Positions 57,115 through 64,000 of a stretch of 64,000 nt of DNA are shown here, piece by piece; within the stretch, counting starts at the first letter, position 1, and every line of letters starts with the position of its first letter. The DNA comes from Dehalococcoidia bacterium (GTDB taxonomy: Bacteria; Chloroflexota; Dehalococcoidia; SM23-28-2; RBG-16-64-32): the NCBI GenBank assembly GCA_030649945.1, contig JAUSFE010000040.1, forward strand, positions 26,266-90,265. The letters run 5' to 3'. The notes under the pieces were generated by a model. The model made no database searches. It worked only from the letters and a program-made list of their open reading frames with translations, and was not told the origin of the DNA. A program made the translations under genes and the position numbers.

Positions 57115-57807
57115 ATGAGCGAGAACGCAAGATCGGGCGAGAGCGGAGTCAGGCTGCGAGTCATGCTTTGCCACGATGTGCCCGTGATGCGCGGTGGACT
57201 GCGGTCCATCATCAACGCCGAGAGGGATATGGAGGTGGTGGCAGAGGCTGACGGCATCACCCAAGCCGTCGATCTGATTGACGAAGCCAGGCCGGAGGTG
57301 ATCGTCACCGACCTCTGCATGGACAACGGCAGTGGGCTCGACGGGATGCGCTCTGTGAAGAACGTGGCCCCATGGCTCCACATACTGGTGCTCGCTGGAC
57401 AGGGGTCAGGTGATCTCTTCCCCATGGCGATGAGAGCCGGAGCCGACGGCTACCTGATGCGGGACGCAGAGCCGACGGAGGTGGTCAACGCCATCCGCTG
57501 CGTGAGCAAGGGCCACAACTACGTCAACGCCTCCATCGTGACCCTGCTGGTGAGCACCTACGTGTGCAAGACACGCCGCGCAGACCTGCGCGATTCATAC
57601 GATCTCCTGAGTGACCGCGAAAGGGAGACCTTGTGCCTGGCAGCCGCCGGCCACACGAACCGTGAGATTGCCGATATCTTGCGCCTGAGTGAGCGCACCA
57701 TTCACAACGTGCGGGCCCGGCTGATGGAGAAGCTGGGCTTTCACGACCGGTTGGAGCTTCTTAAGTATGCCCTTCGGCGCGGCATCATCAGCGCCGGGGA
57801 TATGTGA
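57115..57807 (+). CDS. NarL/LuxR-family response regulator
   Basis: Receiver (VTDLCM, GADGY) plus LSDRERE..TNREIA HTH. Confidence 0.9.
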   Translation: MSENARSGESGVRLRVMLCHDVPVMRGGLRSIINAERDMEVVAEADGITQAVDLIDEARPEVIVTDLCMDNGSGLDGMRSVKNVAPWLHILVLAGQGSGDLFPMAMRAGADGYLMRDAEPTEVVNAIRCVSKGHNYVNASIVTLLVSTYVCKTRRADLRDSYDLLSDRERETLCLAAAGHTNREIADILRLSERTIHNVRARLMEKLGFHDRLELLKYALRRGIISAGDM

Positions 57808-57841
57808 CGTGGCCCGGGAGCAACGGGAGGAGTGACTGACA

Positions 57842-58045
57842 ATGGCAATCATCACAACAGCCACGCTGTTTTCGGCCGGCTGCCTGGCGTTGGGCCTCGG
57901 TCTATTCCTGATCGCCGGGTCTGTCCGGAACCTTCATCAGGTCCGGCTCCTGCCCTCAGTTAGTGCCGTCACCGCGGCCGCGTTGGGCGGCGCGCTTCTG
58001 GTGGCGGCAGGCGCCTATGCTGCCCGCCTGGCGGTGCATCTGTAG
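57842..58045 (+). CDS. Small two-helix membrane protein
   Basis: GGAGG RBS, two hydrophobic segments. Confidence 0.55.
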   Translation: MAIITTATLFSAGCLALGLGLFLIAGSVRNLHQVRLLPSVSAVTAAALGGALLVAAGAYAARLAVHL

Positions 58046-58070
58046 GTGGAGCTGGGAAGGCAGAGACGCT

Positions 58071-58809
58071 GTGGAACTCAGTCTGAAGTGGCGGATCTCG
58101 GTCGCCCTCGCGGCGGTGGCCACCGCGTGGCTAATCGGCCTCACATCGGCCGGCGCCGACCCGCCCCCGCCGGCGGAGGGCGGCCGTGCTCAGAATGCCC
58201 TCTGCCTCTCGTGTCACGACCACAAGCTGACAGTCGGAGCCAACACCAGCCAAGAGCGGACCGTGGATTCTGTTCAGCGGCAGGGGTTCGACTCCTCCGC
58301 CCACAAGGGAATGGCGTGTGTTGACTGCCATGCTGCGGAGTCTGCTCTGCCCCACGTGCAACGGGAGGGCCCAGGGCTGCCGAATGCCAGTGGCGCCCTC
58401 GCCTGCCGGGAGTGCCACAGCGATGCCTACGAGGGCTTCATGGATGGCCACCACGGGACCATGGTGAACCTGGGCGATGACAGGGCGCCCACGTGCAGCG
58501 ACTGCCACGGCAATACCCACTACCTGCCATTCGTCCAGCAGTGGACAGTGAACGATCGTGCCGAGGCCTGTGCGGAATGCCACTCAGGGGCTACCACCAG
58601 CTTCCTAAATGCTGCGCCGGGCCACAAATCCGCTTCCTCCGGCTTCCTGTCGACGCCCTATTTCGCCGGCATCCTCCTCACGGTCCTGACTACGGCGACC
58701 CTGGCATTCGGCATCATTCACGTGGAACTGGAAATGCTTTCGCTGGCTCGTCCACCGCCTCGGCCGGGGACGCGGGGCAAGGACTACAGGCCATGGCCAC
58801 ACAAGTTAG
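58071..58809 (+). CDS. Pentaheme cytochrome c with C-terminal TM anchor (apparent +1 frameshift near 58738-58740)
   Basis: Signal peptide; CLSCH, CVDCH, CRECH, CSDCH, CAECH. Confidence 0.85.
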
Positions 58810-59713
58810 TCGACACCAGCCGGCAGTCGTGGCGGCGGGGCAGCGGTCAACGACTGAGGACGCAAAGGTCGTCCGCTTCGACACGCACCAACGCATCCAG
58901 CACTTCCTCATGATGAGCAGTTTCATCGTGCTCGCGCTCACCGGGCTGCCGCAGAAGTTCAGCGAACTCGGCGTCAGTCAATGGTGGGTGGCAAGCCTCG
59001 GTGGCCTGGAGACCGTCCGCACCATCCATCACGTGGCCGCCTTCATTATGCTCACCGATTGCGCCTACCACCTCAGCTACCTCATGTACCGCATCGGCGT
59101 GCAACGACGCTTCGAGTGCCTCAGGATGGTGCCCACGTTCAAGGACTTGCGCGAGGGCCTTCAGATGATGCTGTACTTCCTGGGCCTGGCGCCTGAGAAA
59201 CCGAAATTCGACCGCTTCAGCTACCTCGAGAAGTTCGACTACTGGGCGGTCTTCTGGGGGATTGTCATCATCGGCGGATCCGGGCTGATCCTGATGTTCC
59301 CCGTGGCTGTGACCAGTCTGATGCCAGGCCAGACGGTGAGTCTCGCTCTCACCCTTCATACCCACGAGGCAATACTGGCTGTGGGTTGGATCCTCATCAT
59401 GCACATGTTCAATGTCCACCTGGCGCCGTGGGTCTTCCCCTTCAACCCGGCCATCTTCACCGGCAAGCTGAGCGCCAGGCGCTACGCCGAGGACCATCCC
59501 CTTGAGTGGGCCCGCCTGGAGGCGGCCGGACGAGCGGCGCCGGCGGCGACGCCCCCGAGGGCGGGTCGACGGCGGCCAGACGCGAGTGAGGGCGCCGCTC
59601 GCAGCGCGGTCGCTCGGAATGCAGCCAGGTGGGTTGGCGGGCTCGTCGGCACCGCCTGGGCGGTGCGGGCCCGGAAGTTTGCGGTTCTGGTTCGAAGGAA
59701 GCTCGTACCATGA
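58793..59713 (+). CDS. Cytochrome b subunit (FdnI/HyaC-like)
   Basis: QRIQH, ALTGLP, TIHH, RFSYLEKFDYW, HTHEA, MHMFNVH. Confidence 0.92.
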   Translation: MATQVSRHQPAVVAAGQRSTTEDAKVVRFDTHQRIQHFLMMSSFIVLALTGLPQKFSELGVSQWWVASLGGLETVRTIHHVAAFIMLTDCAYHLSYLMYRIGVQRRFECLRMVPTFKDLREGLQMMLYFLGLAPEKPKFDRFSYLEKFDYWAVFWGIVIIGGSGLILMFPVAVTSLMPGQTVSLALTLHTHEAILAVGWILIMHMFNVHLAPWVFPFNPAIFTGKLSARRYAEDHPLEWARLEAAGRAAPAATPPRAGRRRPDASEGAARSAVARNAARWVGGLVGTAWAVRARKFAVLVRRKLVP

Positions 59714-60807
59714 GGACGCCGACGCTTGTGTCGCTACTCGTGGCCGGCGGCCTCCTGCTGACCGCTTCAGTGGGCTTGTCTGCCGGAAGCAACGATAGTC
59801 CCCCCTCCTTGGAGGCCACTCCCACCCCGACACCCTCGCCGGCCGCTTCCCCGCCCGTTAGCGCGACTCCCGCACCGACCGCCGAGCCTACACCTTCCGC
59901 TTTGACACACCGAAGCACTGTCCGCCAACAGTTCCTCTGCGAGAGCTGCCACCGTCTCGACGGCGGGTGGCTCTTGCCCGACACTCACGCCGCTCTGCAG
60001 GGGCAAGCCTGCGACAGCTGTCACGCGCCGGCGCCAGAGCCGTCGCCGGCCGCGGTCCACTTCGTGCCCGGCGACACTGCCACCCAGGAACTCTGCACGC
60101 TCTGTCACAGCGACCTCGCGCAGCTTGCGCCGCGCCCGCTGGCGCCGCAGATCGCGGCCGCCCAGGCCTGTGACTCGTGCCATCGTGGCAACCAGCGTGC
60201 TGCCCCTCCGGCAGACCACGTGGGGCGGTCCGTGGCGACCTGCTCGCTCTGCCACGAGACACGGACGCTGACCGCCCAGGCCGTGCCTCACAAGGTCAAA
60301 GGGTGGGAGGAGTGCAGCTTCTGCCACGGGGCGGGTCGCCTGGCACCTGTGAAAGGCGGCCACAAAGATCTCAAGGACGAAGAGTGCATCCGATGTCACG
60401 ACGCAGTTCAAGCTCCGCCGGGCATACCAAAGGCGATGCTGGATCACTCCGAGTTGAAAGGCGGGTGCACGTCGTGCCACAGCGAAGGCCTGCTGGCGCC
60501 GCTGCCCGCCGACCACGCGGAACGCACTGACCTGACGTGCGCCCTCTGCCACAGCGCCACCAGCAGGAAAGCCCCCTCGGTGCCTCACTCGCTGATTGGC
60601 CAACGTGCCTGCAGCAGCTGTCATCCATCCGAAACGCTCGCCACACTGCGCGGGCATGCCGATCTTCGCGATGAGGCCTGTGCCGCGTGCCACAGGGAGT
60701 GGCCCACAGGCGTGCCTTTAATACCTCACGCTCTAAGCGGGCGCACAGATTGCACCGATTGCCATGCGCCGGCTCCCCATGCACCCGCGAACGGGCTTGT
60801 GGAGTGA
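59710..60807 (+). CDS. Dodecaheme cytochrome c
   Basis: ATGA overlap; signal peptide, Pro/Thr linker, 12 CxxCH motifs. Confidence 0.9.
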   Translation: MRTPTLVSLLVAGGLLLTASVGLSAGSNDSPPSLEATPTPTPSPAASPPVSATPAPTAEPTPSALTHRSTVRQQFLCESCHRLDGGWLLPDTHAALQGQACDSCHAPAPEPSPAAVHFVPGDTATQELCTLCHSDLAQLAPRPLAPQIAAAQACDSCHRGNQRAAPPADHVGRSVATCSLCHETRTLTAQAVPHKVKGWEECSFCHGAGRLAPVKGGHKDLKDEECIRCHDAVQAPPGIPKAMLDHSELKGGCTSCHSEGLLAPLPADHAERTDLTCALCHSATSRKAPSVPHSLIGQRACSSCHPSETLATLRGHADLRDEACAACHREWPTGVPLIPHALSGRTDCTDCHAPAPHAPANGLVE

Positions 60808-60898
60808 CTCAATGCAAGGAACCTTTGTGTCTTAGTGCCTTCGTGTTTATCCCGGGGAGTCCTCACCAACGAAGACACAAAGACACCAAGGTTGCAGA

Positions 60899-61315
60899 TT
60901 ACTCCCCCGATTCTTCCCTCCCGCCCGAGCGGCGCAGCAGGTCCGGGTCGCTGGCGCGCAGCTTATCGCGGACGGTGCGGCGCACGTGCCCCGCCACCCG
61001 CGCCGCGAACACGCCGGAGTCCGCCTCGCCGTCGCGGATGCGCTCGCAGAGCCGGGCCTCGCGGGCGCGCAGAGCCGCGCGCGCGGCGTCACGGGCCACC
61101 GGGCGGTCCTCCGGGCCCAGGATGGCATCCAGGCCGGCCCATTCGGCGGCCAGGACCTCGTCCTCCAGCTCCAGCTCGCGGCGGATGATGCGGATGGCGT
61201 TGGCAGCCACGCGCGCGTGGAAGCCGCGGGAGCCGGGGACGTTGGGCACGATTTCGGCGTCCAGGAAGTGCTCGATAGCGGCGAGGAGCTCGCCGAAGGC
61301 CGGCCTATCCTGCAT
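60899..61315 (-). CDS. DUF6285-like protein
   Basis: MQDRP..GELL.A...FL, FHARVAAN..I..RE, DKL....P. Confidence 0.8.
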   Translation of the reverse strand: MQDRPAFGELLAAIEHFLDAEIVPNVPGSRGFHARVAANAIRIIRRELELEDEVLAAEWAGLDAILGPEDRPVARDAARAALRAREARLCERIRDGEADSGVFAARVAGHVRRTVRDKLRASDPDLLRRSGGREESGE

Positions 61316-61410
61316 CTAAGCCTCCCTGTTCCGGTAACCAGCTTCTAGCACCAGCCGCCCAATCGATGCCCCAGCATTTATGCTGGGGTGCTCCCCCCCA
61401 TCAGCCCTCA

Positions 61411-61600
61411 TAACCCGTGAAACCCATTTTCTGCCAAACAAACTCCGTGTCCATCTGTGAACCATCTGTGTCCATCTGTGGACCTCGTAACCCGTGAAAC
61501 CCATTTTCTGCCAAACAAACTCTGTGTCCATCTGTGAACCATCTGTGTCCATCTGTGGACCCCGTAACCCGTGAAACCCCTTTTCTGCCAAACAAACTCC
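61411..61600 (+). repeat. 77-bp tandem repeat, about 2.5 copies, with internal CCATCTGTG sub-repeats
   Basis: Units start at 61411, 61488 and 61565. Confidence 0.92.
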
Positions 61601-61632
61601 GGCCCTTCTTCGTGTCTTTGTGTCTTCGTGGT

Positions 61633-62712
61633 TTATCCCGGCTCCCCCATCAACGCTAACAGCTCCCACTCCGTCTCCGCCGTGCGCCGGCCGATGGCCG
61701 CCAGCTCCAGCGCCCGCCCGGGCGAGAGGGCGGCCCGGGTGGCGGGCTCCAGGTAGGTGCGCGCCTGGCCGATGCAGATGATCCCCCAGCGCAGGTTGCC
61801 GAACAGCTCCCACCAGCGGACGGCCTGCGCGTCCACCCTGCGGCCGCCGGCGGCCTCGTAGGCCTGCCACAGCTCTTCGCGAGTGCCGATGCCACCCGCG
61901 GGCAGGTTGTCGTTGCCGAAGCGCCAGGAGCGCACGCACAACCAGGCCAGGTCCTCCATGGGGTCGCCGATGTGCGCCAGCTCCCAGTCCAGGACAGCGC
62001 GCACACCTTCCGGGCCGAAGATGACGTTGCCGATGCGGTAATCGCCGTGGACCAGGGTGGGGTCGCCGGCCGGCGGCGGGTGACGGCGGAGCCGGCGCAG
62101 CGCCAGCTCGAAGGCGGGATGGGGCTCCGGCGCGATGGCGCGATAGGTCACTTCGTAACGCTCAAGCTCCGTCTCCGCCGGGGACTTGCCCGGCGGGGGA
62201 GACGGCAGGTCGAGCCCCTGCCCGGAGGCCGGCACCCGGTGGATGGCCGCGGCGATGGCGCCGAGCTGCCCCGTCATCACCCCGCGGGCCTGCGCGTATT
62301 CGTCATCGCGGAGAAGGCGGCGGGCGATCGTCTCGCCCTCGACGCGCTCCATGAGAAAGAAGGGCATGCCCAGGGAGTCGTCGCCGATGAGATGCACTTT
62401 GGGCGCCGGCACGCCCGCTGCGGCGGCGGCCTGGAGCAGCGCGAACTCGGTCTCGCGTGACATCAGGTTCTGGGCGCGGCGCGGGTCGCTGCGGCAGACC
62501 AGGGGCAGCGTTTCGGCGCGGCCGTCTGCGTGCTCGATGACGGCGTCGAAGGACCACGTCTGGCGGGAGGCGCCGCCGGTGAGGAGCCGGAGGTCCAGGA
62601 TGCGGACGGCGCGCGCGCCGTGGGAGCGCTGGAGGAAGGCATGGAGCTTCGCGGCCACGTCTGCAGTGTGGTCGGTGCGGGTCGCCGGGGCTGCCGGCCT
62701 GTCCTCAGTCAT
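61633..62712 (-). CDS. APH-like phosphotransferase family protein
   Basis: GGASRQTW, LVHGDYRIGN, LDWELAHIGDPMEDL. Confidence 0.92.
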   Translation of the reverse strand: MTEDRPAAPATRTDHTADVAAKLHAFLQRSHGARAVRILDLRLLTGGASRQTWSFDAVIEHADGRAETLPLVCRSDPRRAQNLMSRETEFALLQAAAAAGVPAPKVHLIGDDSLGMPFFLMERVEGETIARRLLRDDEYAQARGVMTGQLGAIAAAIHRVPASGQGLDLPSPPPGKSPAETELERYEVTYRAIAPEPHPAFELALRRLRRHPPPAGDPTLVHGDYRIGNVIFGPEGVRAVLDWELAHIGDPMEDLAWLCVRSWRFGNDNLPAGGIGTREELWQAYEAAGGRRVDAQAVRWWELFGNLRWGIICIGQARTYLEPATRAALSPGRALELAAIGRRTAETEWELLALMGEPG

Positions 62713-62794
62713 GGCGAGTGGTTGTGAGTCTTCGCGCTCACGCTCCGGCGGCGCCGCTGCCCCGCGACTGCGCCCAGGGCGACCAGACCGTAGC

Positions 62795-63772
62795 CTACTG
62801 GATCTGGTCCAGGTACTCGGAGATGCCGATGCCGATGCGGCCCAGGCAGCGGTACTCCGTCATCCCCTCGCCGATGTGCGTCACCTGGCCGGAGCGGCGG
62901 TTGCGCAGCGGGATGAACGAGGTCACCCTGCCCTCCACGACGACGGTCTCGCCGCTGTCCAGCCCCAGGCGCGCCGTCATGCCCGTGTGGTACGGCGAGC
63001 CCGGCTGGAACTGCGAGTCTATGTCCACCTTGACGACGCGGTCCAGTTCGCCGTTGCGGATGACGACGCCGTTCTGCAGGCGCGACTCCGGCGTGGGCGT
63101 GACCTCCGAGACCATGATGTTGAGGTCCGGCCCGAAGGAGCAGGTGAGCCAGCGGTAGGAGTGGATGTTCTGCCAGTAGCGCGGGCCCCAGGAGTGGTCG
63201 CGCAGGCCGAAGCCGTCGATCTGCACGGCCTGGCCGTCAATGGCCACGCTGCCGGTGACGTGCATGTGCTGCTCGTAGTGGGCCCTGGCGAACTCCTTCT
63301 CCGGGTCGGCGACCTCGCGGCCCGCGCCGCTGGTGCCGTAGACAGGGCCCACAGCCTCGTGGACCAGCTCTATGGAGACAGGCTTGTGCGGGTTGCTGCG
63401 GAAGGCCTGGCCCGGATCCGCCAGCTGCGCCGGATCGGTCAGATACACGGCCGTGCCTTCGTAGGTCGTGCGCAGGCGGCGAAGGGGGTCCAGCGTCTCG
63501 AAGCGCATGCCACCGGCATCGTAAGCGTCGTTGTTCGCGATCTCCGGCCGCTTCCAGTTGAAGAGCACCGTACCGTCCGGCTGGTAGAGGACAAGGGTGA
63601 CCTCCGCATAGCCCTCGTTGGCGCGGTTGCCGACGCGCAAGAAGCCGCCGCGGCTGCCGGCGACGTCGAAGAAATTGAAGTACATGCTCTCGTTGAAGTT
63701 CTTCTCGGCGCCCAGCGGGTGGGTGTAGTCGTCGCTGGCCTGGACATCGCCGTAGACGTTGGTCGTCACCAT
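62795..63772 (-). CDS. Conserved hypothetical protein (tocopherol-cyclase/lipocalin-like beta fold)
   Basis: NESMYFNF, HYEQ, G.RDHSWGPR motifs; GGAGG RBS. Confidence 0.75.
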   Translation of the reverse strand: MVTTNVYGDVQASDDYTHPLGAEKNFNESMYFNFFDVAGSRGGFLRVGNRANEGYAEVTLVLYQPDGTVLFNWKRPEIANNDAYDAGGMRFETLDPLRRLRTTYEGTAVYLTDPAQLADPGQAFRSNPHKPVSIELVHEAVGPVYGTSGAGREVADPEKEFARAHYEQHMHVTGSVAIDGQAVQIDGFGLRDHSWGPRYWQNIHSYRWLTCSFGPDLNIMVSEVTPTPESRLQNGVVIRNGELDRVVKVDIDSQFQPGSPYHTGMTARLGLDSGETVVVEGRVTSFIPLRNRRSGQVTHIGEGMTEYRCLGRIGIGISEYLDQIQ

Positions 63773-63833
63773 GGGGCACACCTCCGTGGCTTGGTGGCGC
63801 AAGTATAGCACGCGGAGGGGGCCGGACCGGCAG

Positions 63834-64000
63834 CTAGCCGCCGGGAGCGACCAGGACTTTGTGGCCGCTGCCACGGTCCGTCGCGAGCTGCTCGAACACC
63901 GCCGGCAGCTCCGCCAGAGGAACGGTGCGCGAGATGAGCGGGGCCATGTCCACAGCGCCGGAGACGATGAGATCGCGCGCTTCCCGGAACTCGCTCGTAT
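63834..64000 (-). CDS. C-terminus of a Zn-dependent (MDR) dehydrogenase (partial)
   Basis: EFREARDLIVSGAVDMAPLISRTVPLAELPAVFEQL...HKVLVAP. Confidence 0.7.
   Translation of the reverse strand, partial: TSEFREARDLIVSGAVDMAPLISRTVPLAELPAVFEQLATDRGSGHKVLVAPGG

Noticed and set aside
61411..61600. CRISPR array
   Set aside because: The would-be spacers are near-identical copies and no cas genes are present; it is a tandem repeat.

Overview
GC-rich bacterial chromosomal window; the gene set (ffh-rpsP-khpA-rimM, many 'ACGG' lipoproteins, DinB/nitroreductase, APH/DUF6285) suggests Chloroflexota, probably Dehalococcoidia (inference only). Core content: a two-component pair, lipoproteins, an ECF sigma, gap, ffh-rpsP-khpA-rimM, tRNA-Ala/Arg/Trp, an envelope glycosylation block, an Atu/acyl-CoA carboxylase operon and a multiheme cytochrome c / cytochrome b module. 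Strongest candidate for a new system (21443-25618): a secreted subtilase whose tail carries 14 copies of a [S/D]AI[K/E]W pentapeptide, followed by a membrane-sensor HD-GYP phosphodiesterase and a translationally coupled sensor-only paralogue; this may be a peptide-signal-to-c-di-GMP circuit. Also notable: a ~7.9 kb integrase/primase/HNH satellite-like element in tRNA-Trp with 45-bp att repeats and 25-bp arm repeats; a following run of repeat-delimited cassettes (TA pair, nuclease-like gene) whose borders contain tRNA-Trp 3'-end cores; a UGA-readthrough GrdB/PrdB-like selenoprotein; paralogue scars around GH1; and several nested MITE/REP repeats. All family calls come from motif reading, with no database searches.
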